Assembly: GCA_049616955.1 (NCBI GenBank)
Contig: JBMZIJ010000001.1
Coordinates: 66,797-130,796, forward strand
Direction of reading: 5' to 3'
From: Candidatus Poseidoniaceae archaeon
GTDB lineage: Archaea; Thermoplasmatota; Poseidoniia; Poseidoniales; Poseidoniaceae
DNA: 64,000 nt
Below, one piece after another: positions 27,594 to 36,604 of the stretch. The notes beneath the pieces are model-generated. The model was given only the letters and a program-made list of their open reading frames with translations, was not told where the DNA came from and did no database searches. Made by a program: the position numbers and the translations under genes. The stretch's first letter is position 1, and each line of letters opens with the position of its first letter.

Positions 27594-28286
27594 ATGGTCA
27601 GTCTCGATGATGCTGTTCTCGCACGACTCGAGAAGGGTGGAAAGCGTTACGAAGTTCTCGTTGACCCTGACCTTGTTGATCAATGGAAGAGCGATTCATC
27701 AACCATCGAGTTGGACGACTTCATGGCCATGGACGAGATTTTTCACGATGCACGTGCTGGTGAACGCCCCACTGAGGAAGCTTTGATGAATACATTTCAA
27801 ACACTTGATGTTGAGGCAATTCTCAACATCATTCTGGAAAAAGGTTCCATCCAGTTAACAACGGCTCAGCGCAAAGCACGTGTTGAACACATGCGGCAAC
27901 AAATCATCCATCACATCCACAGTCAAGCCATCGATCCCAAAAGCAAGTCGCCACATCCACGGACGCGTATCGAACTGGCATTGGAAGAGTCAAAGTATTC
28001 CGTAGATCCGTTCAAACGCCTTGAAGACCAAGTCAAAGATGCCATTGCCAAACTCAAACCGCTCATTCCTCTCAGTTTTGAATCCGTACGACTCGCTTTC
28101 CGTATTCCAGGAAGTGCCTATGGAAGTGTGAGTCAATTGCTCCGCACGCATCAGCAAAAAGAAGGCTGGCTTGAAAACGGAGACTGGGCTTGCGTGATTG
28201 AGATCCCAGCAGGTATGAAGGGTGATGTAATCGGTCAAGTTTTGAAGCGTGCAAACGACGCTGAAGTCAAGGAATTATCCTCGTGA
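27594..28286 (+). CDS. sdo1: Ribosome maturation protein SBDS/Sdo1
   Basis: 'ARLEKGGKRYEVLVDPDLV' FYSH domain; position between psmA and rrp4. Confidence 0.85.
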   Translation: MVSLDDAVLARLEKGGKRYEVLVDPDLVDQWKSDSSTIELDDFMAMDEIFHDARAGERPTEEALMNTFQTLDVEAILNIILEKGSIQLTTAQRKARVEHMRQQIIHHIHSQAIDPKSKSPHPRTRIELALEESKYSVDPFKRLEDQVKDAIAKLKPLIPLSFESVRLAFRIPGSAYGSVSQLLRTHQQKEGWLENGDWACVIEIPAGMKGDVIGQVLKRANDAEVKELSS

Positions 28287-28310
28287 CAAAAGGGTGTCCT
28301 TTATCATGGG

Positions 28311-29027
28311 ATGTCGAGTGGGCGGGTCGGAGAGAAAAGTATGTCCGAAGGTCAAGTTGGCGCCGAGCAGCGCCTCGTGACCCCGGGAATGGTCATCGGA
28401 CCATCATCCGGGAAGCGAGCAGGTTCTGGTACGATTGCCGAAAACAACGAATTCATCGCCACCCGATTGGGATGGCTCAACGAACAGAACGATGTTGTTT
28501 CTGTTCTACCAATCAACAGCGCCTACATGCCACGTTCAGGCGACCTCATCATCGGGTTTGTTGCCGAGGTTCGAAACAACCTCTGGTTCTTCGATGTGAA
28601 CGGGCCTTTCCAAGCACTTCTTCCAATGTCATTGGCACCGTGGAAGGTGGAATTCGGTTCAACGCGTCAACATCTCGGTATTGGAGATGCTGCTCTTGCA
28701 CGTATCCAAGAAGTCGATGAAACCCATAACATGGTCTTGACGATGAAAGGCGTTGGACTTCGACGATTGAACGAAGGAGCAGTTGTATCCATTCCAGTGA
28801 ATTTGATCGACACACTCCGCGGACACAACAACGGCACATTGAGTCGAATACGCGATGCAACGGATTGCAGAATCATTGTCGCTGACAATGGACGTGTTTG
28901 GATTCATGGCGATGCCGAGAATATGCGTGTTGCACGCAATTTGATACAGACCCTCAACGAAGAAGGGCATAAGAAAACATTCGAAGGTGCTGTAGAAGCA
29001 CTTGAAAACGAACGAGGTGAACACTGA
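28311..29027 (+). CDS. rrp4: Exosome complex RNA-binding subunit Rrp4 (S1 + KH)
   Basis: 'VTPGMVIG', S1 'PRSGDLIIGFVAEVRNNLWFFDVNGP' and a KH region 'IRDATDCRIIVADNGRVWIHG'. Alternative start at 28341. Confidence 0.9.
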   Translation: MSSGRVGEKSMSEGQVGAEQRLVTPGMVIGPSSGKRAGSGTIAENNEFIATRLGWLNEQNDVVSVLPINSAYMPRSGDLIIGFVAEVRNNLWFFDVNGPFQALLPMSLAPWKVEFGSTRQHLGIGDAALARIQEVDETHNMVLTMKGVGLRRLNEGAVVSIPVNLIDTLRGHNNGTLSRIRDATDCRIIVADNGRVWIHGDAENMRVARNLIQTLNEEGHKKTFEGAVEALENERGEH

Positions 29028-29755
29028 TGGGTGGATATGGAGACGTAAAACTACTACGCGAAGATGGAAAGAGACTTGATGGTCGAGCAATCGATGAGAT
29101 GCGACCGGTAACTATTGAGGCAGGGGTACTTCCTGCCGCTGATGGATCCGCAATGGTCACACACGGACTCAATGTTGCAGTTGCTGCTGTGTATGGGCCG
29201 ATGGAAGCTCATCCTCGAAAGATTCAGCGACAAGATCGTGCTGTCATCGATGTTCGTTACAACATGGCGCCGTTCTCAACGGGTGACCGAATTCGACCAG
29301 GATTCAATCGACGTAGTCGAGAGATTTCCAAGGTTACGGCCGAATCCCTTGAATCGGTTGTTCTTGTCGAGCGATACCCTCGCTCAAAGATTCGAGTTGA
29401 AATCGAAATTCTTGCTGCTGAGGCTGGAACACGATGTGCGGGTATCACTGCTGCATCTGTTGCACTCGCAGACGCTGGAATTCCAATGCGTGACATGATC
29501 GTTGGTGTTGCCTCTGGTAAGATCGAAGACACAGTAGTCCTTGACCTCGACAAGGCAGAGGACAATTACGGTCAAGCAGATCTTCCTGTTGGTATTCTCC
29601 CGAACACGGGTGAAATCGCCTTCCTTCAGATGGATGGTGACCTTTCCATCGAAGAATACAATCTTGCTATGGAATACAATCACAAGGCTGCTAAGGAGAT
29701 TCACGAAATCATGGTCGACGCCCTCAAGCGTCGATATGAAGGAGGTGAAGCCTGA
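29027..29755 (+). CDS. rrp41: Exosome complex exonuclease Rrp41 (RNase PH)
   Basis: 'REDGKRLDGRAIDEMRPVTIEAGVLPAADGSA'. ATGA overlap with rrp4. Confidence 0.9.
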   Translation: MGGYGDVKLLREDGKRLDGRAIDEMRPVTIEAGVLPAADGSAMVTHGLNVAVAAVYGPMEAHPRKIQRQDRAVIDVRYNMAPFSTGDRIRPGFNRRSREISKVTAESLESVVLVERYPRSKIRVEIEILAAEAGTRCAGITAASVALADAGIPMRDMIVGVASGKIEDTVVLDLDKAEDNYGQADLPVGILPNTGEIAFLQMDGDLSIEEYNLAMEYNHKAAKEIHEIMVDALKRRYEGGEA

Positions 29756-30540
29756 TGGTTGAGTTGGTACCTTCCCTCTTGCGACAAGAACTTGAGCGCC
29801 TTGCAGCTGACGGCCAGCGACTCGACGGTCGTGGGCAATTTGACGGACGAGAAGTCCATCTTGAGGTCGACTGCCTCTACAACGCCGAAGGATCTGCAAA
29901 GGTCGTTTGGGGCGACACGATCATCTATGCAGGTGTTAAATTCGAAATTCGAACCCCATGGCCTGACCGACCAACACAAGGTTCGCTCATGTGTGGTGCA
30001 GAACTACGACCGGTCGCTCATCGAAAGTATGAGCCAGGTCCACCTTCTCCAGAATCCATTGAACTCGGCCGTGTGGTTGACCGAGGAATCCGTGAATCTG
30101 GTTGCATCGATATGGATGAATTGTGCATTGTTCCTGGCGAGAAAGTCTGGGGAGTCATGATTGATATCCACGTTCTTTCTGATGGAGGCAACATCTTCGA
30201 TGCTGCAGGACTCGCAGCTATTGCTGCTCTACGAACAGCCGTTGTTCCAGCAGAGCGTTTCGATGTTGGTGAAGATCACACGTTGAAGGTCAATGGCACA
30301 CCGATTATGGCATCGTTCAAGCGGGCTGGTGGACGCTTTGTTTACGACCCAAGTGAAGAAGAAGAACTCGGTGGAGACGAGAGAATTCACATCACACTTG
30401 GTGATGAAGGGCACCTCCACTCATTACAGAAGGGGCTAAAAGGAGTCTTCACTCCGGACGAATTTGCCGAGATTCTTGCGGTCGCCGAACAAAAGTGCAG
30501 TGAACTACGAGAAATGGTAGCAGAAAAGGAGGGGAACTGA
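29755..30540 (+). CDS. rrp42: Exosome complex subunit Rrp42 (RNase PH-like)
   Basis: 'RLDGRGQFDGREVHLEV...EGSAKVVWGDT'. ATGA overlap with rrp41. Confidence 0.9.
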   Translation: MVELVPSLLRQELERLAADGQRLDGRGQFDGREVHLEVDCLYNAEGSAKVVWGDTIIYAGVKFEIRTPWPDRPTQGSLMCGAELRPVAHRKYEPGPPSPESIELGRVVDRGIRESGCIDMDELCIVPGEKVWGVMIDIHVLSDGGNIFDAAGLAAIAALRTAVVPAERFDVGEDHTLKVNGTPIMASFKRAGGRFVYDPSEEEELGGDERIHITLGDEGHLHSLQKGLKGVFTPDEFAEILAVAEQKCSELREMVAEKEGN

Positions 30541-30897
30541 TTGGCAAAGCGAACCCAGAAAGCAAAGGCAACAGCACGATTTGGTGCACGATATGGTGTA
30601 AGCGTTCGACGAAACGCTGGCAGTGCATTGGCAAAGAAGAATGCGAAGTACACATGTCCAGTCTGCCATTACCGTAAGGTTGCTCGACAATCCGTCGGCA
30701 TCTGGTCCTGCGGCAAGTGTGGCCACACATTCGCTGGCGGTGCTTGGGAACCATTCACTCGTGCAAGCGATGCAAACTCTCGTATTCTTCGACGATCCGT
30801 TGAAGGTGCAACCACCGCTGATATGGCATTCATTGCACAGCAAGCCGCTCTCGACTTTGAGCGAAAGGCTGCTGAAGACACCTCTGAAGAGGAGTGA
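30541..30897 (+). CDS. rpl37ae: Ribosomal protein L37Ae (eL43) with acidic C-terminal extension
   Basis: 'RFGARYGVSVRR...YTCPVCHYRKVARQSVGIWSCGKCGHTFAGGAW'. TTG start directly after the rrp42 stop. About 25 extra acidic residues. Confidence 0.9.
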   Translation: MAKRTQKAKATARFGARYGVSVRRNAGSALAKKNAKYTCPVCHYRKVARQSVGIWSCGKCGHTFAGGAWEPFTRASDANSRILRRSVEGATTADMAFIAQQAALDFERKAAEDTSEEE

Positions 30898-31169
30898 GCA
30901 CATTGGCGGAGACGCCTTTTTCACTTGTTTGTACGATTAAGCGAGCCGATGCTTCAGACATTCAGGCCATGCGTGACTCCCTCATTTCAGAAACAGAAAG
31001 CCGAGCATCCGATGAACACACGTTTTCATTCCGTTTGGATGAAGCAAATGCCAAAGATTTGCGCGCTATGTGGAACACACGCATTCGCGGATTGATTGCC
31101 GCTGACGAAATTCTACAGGCGATTGAATCCGCAGGTTCTTCAACCAAAGACGATTCGAAGGAAGCATGA
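30894..31169 (+). CDS. pcc1: KEOPS complex subunit Pcc1-like
   Basis: 91 aa. 'FSFRLDEANAKDLRAMWNTRIRGLIAADEIL' matches the Pcc1 C-terminal strand/helix pattern (xxLRAxxNSxLRxxxxAxE). Sits in the superoperon just before prefoldin beta. GTGA overlap start. Confidence 0.6.
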   Translation: MSTLAETPFSLVCTIKRADASDIQAMRDSLISETESRASDEHTFSFRLDEANAKDLRAMWNTRIRGLIAADEILQAIESAGSSTKDDSKEA

Positions 31170-31480
31170 GCACCGTCGAGCAACTCCAAGTCGTCGTCTC
31201 CGAAGTCCAGAATGCACGTCATCAGGTTGCAACCGTTCGTGCACAATTGCAAGAACTGGAAACAACCATTACTGCTGTTGAAAAACATCCTGAAGGGATG
31301 GCTCTTCATCGACAACTCGGTGGCGTCTTGGTTGAGGTTGACAACAAAGATGAGTTGATTGAAGAACTGAAAACCACGCATTCAACGCTGTCAGAACATG
31401 CTGTGCGACTCTCTGAGCATGAAGCAAAACTTGTCGCAGCCTATGAAGAACTCAAGAAATCACTTGAGGGAGAAGCTTGA
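31166..31480 (+). CDS. pfdB: Prefoldin beta subunit
   Basis: 104-aa coiled-coil protein with a central beta-hairpin region, 'HRQLGGVLVEVDNKDELIEEL'. Confidence 0.8.
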   Translation: MSTVEQLQVVVSEVQNARHQVATVRAQLQELETTITAVEKHPEGMALHRQLGGVLVEVDNKDELIEELKTTHSTLSEHAVRLSEHEAKLVAAYEELKKSLEGEA

Positions 31481-32469
31481 GTTCGCACCAAGAAGACATT
31501 GCTGCAATGAAGCAGTGGATCGATTCGGCCATTGAACGTGGTGCAGTACCGGTCGTAGCAGGTCAAAATGGGGATATGGATACAATTGGATCTGCAATCG
31601 CTCTTGCCTCCATTCATCCTTCGCTCCTTGCTTGTGGCTTGCATCTGGGACGAATTGCAAAACGCCTCGTCAAAGACATGCAAGCACCATTTCGCAAAGT
31701 GACTGCACAAGGAACGGCTTTTCCAGAAAAACTTGGAGGTATCATCATTGTTGATGCTGCTGCACCAGACCAAGTAGGTATCGACTTACCTGATGTTCCT
31801 CGTTTGATTCTCGATCATCATGCGACAAACGGCTGGACGCTACGTGACGGCGATCATATGTTACAATGGGATGTTCGTGCAACAACCGAAATGGTTGCGA
31901 CCTACATGTTTGAACACGCCTTAGAGGCGCTAACTCCACCAGTTCGCAAAATGTTACTCGCTGGAATGATCACGGACACGGCTCGATTCAAACATGCCAA
32001 CACAACATCGTTTGATGTGACCACGAAACTCCTCCATGGAACCAACATCGACTATGCCCAATTTTGCGAATACATCGAACGAGAAGAAACCTCGCCGTCC
32101 GAACGAGGGAGTTTATTGCGAGGACTCGGAAGAGCGAAATCTCACGATGCTGGAGATTGGAGTCTCGTAACGACCTATGCAGGTACACTTGAAGGACGAC
32201 TCGCATCCATGTTGCTCGGTACAGGTTTCGATGTATCCCTTGTTTCAAGGCATCGTGAAGGTGAGACACGACTCACTGCAAGGGCGACACGCAAAGCAAC
32301 ATTGCGTGGCGTCCATCTTGGTACCATTATGCAAACCATCGCTGAACAACATGGAGGTGATGGTGGAGGTCATGATGGGGCTGCAGGGTGGACGGGGCAA
32401 GTTGATCGTATCCGAGCCGAATCTGCTTTCATTGCTCAACTTACACTCCAAAGAGAGGTGAACCAATGA
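31477..32469 (+). CDS. DHH/DHHA1 phosphoesterase (NrnA-like)
   Basis: 'NGDMDTIGSAIAL', 'IIIVDAA', 'ILDHHATN', 'GMITDTARFKH', 'GGDGGGHDGAAG'. Confidence 0.8.
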   Translation: MSSHQEDIAAMKQWIDSAIERGAVPVVAGQNGDMDTIGSAIALASIHPSLLACGLHLGRIAKRLVKDMQAPFRKVTAQGTAFPEKLGGIIIVDAAAPDQVGIDLPDVPRLILDHHATNGWTLRDGDHMLQWDVRATTEMVATYMFEHALEALTPPVRKMLLAGMITDTARFKHANTTSFDVTTKLLHGTNIDYAQFCEYIEREETSPSERGSLLRGLGRAKSHDAGDWSLVTTYAGTLEGRLASMLLGTGFDVSLVSRHREGETRLTARATRKATLRGVHLGTIMQTIAEQHGGDGGGHDGAAGWTGQVDRIRAESAFIAQLTLQREVNQ

Positions 32470-33515
32470 GACCAACAGCCCCTGGATTGTACATTTCCAA
32501 ATGGAGAGAAGAAGGACCTGTATCCCTCGATGTTGCTGAAACCTGGCGTGAAGAAAGCGGTTGGAAGGATTGGATGGCCATCATTGAAGCGGCGCTTTAC
32601 CTCGATGCTGCAGAATTGGTCGAACTTCTTCTGCCAGAGTTAACACCTGCACAACGTGCAACATTTGATCTGGTTCGACGAAGAATGCTCGGTGATCAGC
32701 GACTTGAAGATGCCATCGATCAAGCCTTGGAGATTTGTCGACATCCTGAAACTCGAGATTTGGCTCTTGAAGGGCGTTTGCGTATGGAACGTGGCTTGCA
32801 ACGCTTCGAAAAAGGAGATTCAGCAGGAGCTGAAGAGGATCTCACTTGGGCGGAAACTCGATTGAAATCTGTTGCAAAAGCAAGTCGCGACCACGACCTT
32901 TCCTTGCTCAACAAAGCAGCGTATCACATGGCATCTGGTGAAGATTTGATGGCTTTGCAAGTCTATGGTGACATCTCCCGAAAGGAAAACCATGCACATG
33001 AAACAATTGCAATTTCTCGCATTGGCGCTTCACGGATCCATGCTCGATACGGGAAGATGTTCGATGCTGCCCGTAATGCTTGGAACGGGCATGCTCATGC
33101 CATACTTGCAAGTCAAGTGACCATGGCCATCGAGGCAGGAAGCCTGTTCCTCGATTTGTCCATTGATGAACAAGACGAAGAAGCTGTCAGATTCCAAGAA
33201 CAAGTCGATGAATCAAAACCACGAGATGCAGGAGAACAGGCACCAGAATTACGGGTTCATCCCGCTGATGTCTCCGGTGTTTTCGATTGGTGCATGCAAC
33301 ACTTGAATCGAGAACTCTCTGGACACGATCGCCCAGATCTTCGGGCAATGGTCATGATGGGGCATCGACTCGACCGATTGAATGAATTCGATTGGCTCTT
33401 GAATGAGCCAGGTCAAATTGACGATTCGATGTTGGTTGCTGTTGTTCTTGGTTGCTCATTGGATGATGCTCAACATTTGGCATGGACGGAGCGAATGCAA
33501 TCACTCATGCCCTGA
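32466..33515 (+). CDS. Alpha-helical (TPR-like) protein, unknown function
   Basis: 349-aa acidic, helix-rich ORF that overlaps the stop of the DHH gene. No motif recognised. Confidence 0.55.
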   Translation: MRPTAPGLYISKWREEGPVSLDVAETWREESGWKDWMAIIEAALYLDAAELVELLLPELTPAQRATFDLVRRRMLGDQRLEDAIDQALEICRHPETRDLALEGRLRMERGLQRFEKGDSAGAEEDLTWAETRLKSVAKASRDHDLSLLNKAAYHMASGEDLMALQVYGDISRKENHAHETIAISRIGASRIHARYGKMFDAARNAWNGHAHAILASQVTMAIEAGSLFLDLSIDEQDEEAVRFQEQVDESKPRDAGEQAPELRVHPADVSGVFDWCMQHLNRELSGHDRPDLRAMVMMGHRLDRLNEFDWLLNEPGQIDDSMLVAVVLGCSLDDAQHLAWTERMQSLMP

Positions 33516-33944
33516 TTCTATAGAATGAACCCAGTTGCTCAAGTCAATGACTTCTTGCACATCCCAATGGGTAAATCGTGGTAAATCTGTGAACCATTGG
33601 ACAGTGGAAACATGTTGATCGTTGACGTTCCACATCGGTTCTGAAAATGGTTCATCCTCGTCATTGACTTGAATCAATCCGACCCAACCCTTCGGATAGT
33701 ACGTCTTGTTCCAAGCGATAAGAGTGCCAGTACCTCCGACTTCTTCCATCAATTCTCGATGCAAAGCTTGCTCTGGACGCTCGCCTTGTTCAACATGACC
33801 ACCTGGGAATTCCCATCCTCGCTCAGGATGGCAAACCATGAGGATAGAACCTGAATGCAATACCGACTTTGGATTGCTCTTCGGAACAACATAGGCTAAG
33901 ACGAATGTTGGAACCATACGAACACCTACATGAGCGAACGACAT
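33501..33944 (-). CDS. NUDIX hydrolase
   Basis: Nudix box 'GGHVEQGERPEQALHRELMEEVG'; 147 aa. Confidence 0.85.
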   Translation of the reverse strand: MSFAHVGVRMVPTFVLAYVVPKSNPKSVLHSGSILMVCHPERGWEFPGGHVEQGERPEQALHRELMEEVGGTGTLIAWNKTYYPKGWVGLIQVNDEDEPFSEPMWNVNDQHVSTVQWFTDLPRFTHWDVQEVIDLSNWVHSIESGHE

Positions 33945-34960
33945 TGCTCGAGATAGGGTTCAGCCCACGATTCTCCGGACGCTACAAGACGTCGTGCTAA
34001 GAAGAAGGCTTCAGAAATATTTGCTGATTCAATCAGTGCGATGAGTTTCTTTTCATCCAGATGTAGTTCTTGTGCATCCTCATCTTGATCTTGTTTTGGA
34101 ATGCTTGCAGGGATTTCTTGACGCACACGTTTGTTGAGTTGTTCCATCTGTTCAAGGAAAGCCGTCCTATGCTCGAGTTTCGGTCCGCTCCATGGGGTCT
34201 TCTCCCCACCATCCATTCGTTCTGTTAAGCGATTCAAAAATTCGTCACGCACCACTAAATGAGGCATCAGCGTTTGGACATGGTCGTAACACAACCAAGC
34301 AGAATCAATTTCTTGTCGACGTTCGTGCAAACGACCCAGTTGCATCCATAGTTCATGATTCACAGGTCGATGGGCAAGTAGATGTCGACTCAATTCAATG
34401 AAGAGATCTTCGAACCCTTGCAAACGCAAATGCTCAATTCTGCGACCATAGACAATGTTTGCACGCTGATCTCGGAAATCCAATTCACGACAGCGATCTG
34501 CAAAATCAGCGATTTCCAAGAGGACTGCATCGCTCTGTTCATCTCCTCCACCTCGGGCAACAAGGGCTTCCCACCATGCTTCAGCTGTAAGCGGGTCACG
34601 GGCAAAGGCAGCCTCAAGGAGTTCTAAACCAAATTCAAGGTAGTTCAACTGTTTCAATTTTTCAAATTGTTCCGTGTCGCGCCCGAGGACTGTAAACACG
34701 TCCTCCAAGACGATACCAAGGCCGTCATTGTCTTTCAAGCCCACTTTAATATCGGCTAAGCAACGCCAATTGCGTTCGTCTGTAAAATCGTGTAAAAGCG
34801 CTTGTCGAGCGTTTTGTTCAGCCCATTGCATATTGGATTCTTTTCGCTCAGGATCGGCTTTTGCAAGTCGAACAAATTTCTGTGCTTGCGTGCGGTAGCG
34901 ATTGCCAAGATTTCGCCTTGGATGCTGCAAATCATCATGAGAAGATTGACGCATGACCAT
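33926..34960 (-). CDS. Alpha-helical (TPR-like) protein, unknown function
   Basis: 344-aa helix-rich ORF packed between the UbiD-like gene (2-nt gap) and the NUDIX gene (19-nt overlap). Confidence 0.55.
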   Translation of the reverse strand: MVMRQSSHDDLQHPRRNLGNRYRTQAQKFVRLAKADPERKESNMQWAEQNARQALLHDFTDERNWRCLADIKVGLKDNDGLGIVLEDVFTVLGRDTEQFEKLKQLNYLEFGLELLEAAFARDPLTAEAWWEALVARGGGDEQSDAVLLEIADFADRCRELDFRDQRANIVYGRRIEHLRLQGFEDLFIELSRHLLAHRPVNHELWMQLGRLHERRQEIDSAWLCYDHVQTLMPHLVVRDEFLNRLTERMDGGEKTPWSGPKLEHRTAFLEQMEQLNKRVRQEIPASIPKQDQDEDAQELHLDEKKLIALIESANISEAFFLARRLVASGESWAEPYLEQCRSLM

Positions 34961-34962
34961 CC

Positions 34963-36234
34963 CTACTGGACGCTCATGTACCCTTCTGGGTTATCTGAAT
35001 GATGGATGGTTGCATCAAATCCAACCTTCGAGGTGAGACCATCTTCGTATCGTGAAGGATCGAGGCTGGATCCTTTCTGATTCGGGAAAATGTGTGTATC
35101 TCGGTCAGGTTGCCAGCGAGTGACCATCGCCCATTCGACTCGCACAGGATTGCTGATATCAATGTCCTCGTCAACGACCGTGACCATCTTCATCGATCGG
35201 TGTCCTGCAAGAGCGGCTTCGATGGCCTTGCGTCCATCTTCTTCGGATGTCTTTCGAATCTTCACAACGGCTGCAAGCCATCCACATCCACCCTCTGTCA
35301 TGTGAACATCAATGCAGTCAACAACCTGAGCAACTGCTTCTTTGATGGTTGGCGAACGTGGCAGTCCCATCAGCGTCTTGTGCTCTGCTTCTCCTGGAAT
35401 AAGCGCATGGAAGATTGGTTGATCTCGATGAAGGACACCATCGACTTCGATGACTGGTTCTTGACGTACATCATCGACTGTACCCGTAATGTCCACGTAA
35501 GGACCTTCATCATCGTCTTCCAACGTAATACGCCCCCACATTGCATATTCTGCATCAGCCGGAACTTGGATACCATTCGGCAACTCGACCAATTGCAGTG
35601 GCTTGTCGTAGAGTTTCTCATGCAATGCTGCAGCGATGGTGAGTTCATCGATTGGTTCGTCAAACGACATTGCACCAGCAAGCAAGACAACGGGATCAGG
35701 GGCGTTCACGATAGCGATGTTGACTTCTTCACCACGTTCTCGTGCTTGATCGACCATGGTTCGCAGATGACGAGGTACGAGCCGTACAACAAGGTGGTTC
35801 TTGTCACGAAGGAATTGCCTGTGGAAACTCATGTTTCGTTGACCATTGATTTCTGCAATGATCACACTAGCAGACATGTAACGACCACGGTCTTGTGGCC
35901 AATGGTAAGGAATTGCAATCGAATGCAAATCGACCTCTTCTTGCATATGATCGAAGACCGGCGATTCAGCAGGTGAAACAAGTTCTGGTGTTGATGGATT
36001 CTTCATCGCCCACGCCAGTGTATCGATGTAGACCTCCGGTTTGATTCCTATGGCTTCACAAAGTCTGTCGCGTGTTAGCATGTTGACCGAAATTCGTTGC
36101 CCAGGCACTTCTTTGATGTTCTCAAACAATAAATTTGAGTGTGATCGGGACGTGCTAAACTCCCAAATCCCATGGATGAGACTCATCTCATCTTCGATAC
36201 GTTCAGCGTGGGATAGGTGGTCTCGAAACGCCAA
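34963..36234 (-). CDS. UbiD-family (prFMN-dependent) decarboxylase, candidate anhydromevalonate phosphate decarboxylase
   Basis: 'MKMVTVVDEDIDISNPVRVEWAMVTRWQPDRD' and 'GGCGWLAAVVKIRKT' match the UbiD family pattern. 423 aa with a TTG start. The specific substrate is inference from archaeal mevalonate-pathway knowledge. Confidence 0.75.
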   Translation of the reverse strand: MAFRDHLSHAERIEDEMSLIHGIWEFSTSRSHSNLLFENIKEVPGQRISVNMLTRDRLCEAIGIKPEVYIDTLAWAMKNPSTPELVSPAESPVFDHMQEEVDLHSIAIPYHWPQDRGRYMSASVIIAEINGQRNMSFHRQFLRDKNHLVVRLVPRHLRTMVDQARERGEEVNIAIVNAPDPVVLLAGAMSFDEPIDELTIAAALHEKLYDKPLQLVELPNGIQVPADAEYAMWGRITLEDDDEGPYVDITGTVDDVRQEPVIEVDGVLHRDQPIFHALIPGEAEHKTLMGLPRSPTIKEAVAQVVDCIDVHMTEGGCGWLAAVVKIRKTSEEDGRKAIEAALAGHRSMKMVTVVDEDIDISNPVRVEWAMVTRWQPDRDTHIFPNQKGSSLDPSRYEDGLTSKVGFDATIHHSDNPEGYMSVQ

Positions 36235-36246
36235 ACTATCACGTCC

Positions 36247-36477
36247 TCAGAACTTTGTCTGAGTATCTTCGAGGTAACGTGGGCGATCTTCTTCCATCGG
36301 CTCTCCACTGGCAGACATCATATTCATGCCGGAGAAGACTCCGATGAGACCAACTGCGTGCGCCGTAAGAATGTCCACATCAGATTCAACAAGTCCAATC
36401 CAGTGATTGACAATGACCAACAATCCAAGGAGCATGGTCAGCAGTGCCACGATTGGTCGCATACTTTGTGGAATCAT
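36247..36477 (-). CDS. Small two-TM membrane protein
   Basis: 76 aa with two hydrophobic helices, 12 nt upstream of the UbiD-like gene on the same strand. Confidence 0.5.
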   Translation of the reverse strand: MIPQSMRPIVALLTMLLGLLVIVNHWIGLVESDVDILTAHAVGLIGVFSGMNMMSASGEPMEEDRPRYLEDTQTKF

Positions 36478-36550
36478 GTTTTTACTAACAACAACTTGTT
36501 TATGATGTTATTCTTCCCTGCGGACGGTGGAATCCTTACTTCGATGAAAC

Positions 36551-36580
36551 GGCGACTTGATATATGAAAGCAAAGTCGCC
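36551..36580. promoter_or_regulatory. Perfect 8-bp inverted repeat bracketing a TATA-like box upstream of the S12-S7-EF-2 operon
   Basis: GGCGACTT (36551-36558) and AAGTCGCC (36573-36580) flank 'GATATATGAAAGC'. The TATA centre is ~43 nt upstream of the S12 ATG (36605). A GAGGT Shine-Dalgarno-like element lies at 36594-36598. Confidence 0.4.
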
Positions 36581-36604
36581 AAAACGCTCGAATGAGGTTT
36601 GAAC

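Noticed and set aside
33511-33526. 16-nt exact repeat CCTGATTCTATAGAAT containing the palindrome ATTCTATAGAAT, also present at 47529-47544 just upstream of the actin-like gene
   Set aside because: Roughly N^2 / 4^16 for N = 64 kb (both orientations counted) gives on the order of one chance 16-mer match. One copy lies inside the NUDIX coding sequence. I cannot separate it from chance without genome-wide motif counts.
35092-35976. 294-aa plus-strand ORF (and 35090-35305)
   Set aside because: It is antisense to the UbiD-like decarboxylase, whose translation carries clear family motifs. The shadow ORF translation is Cys/Phe/Arg-rich nonsense.
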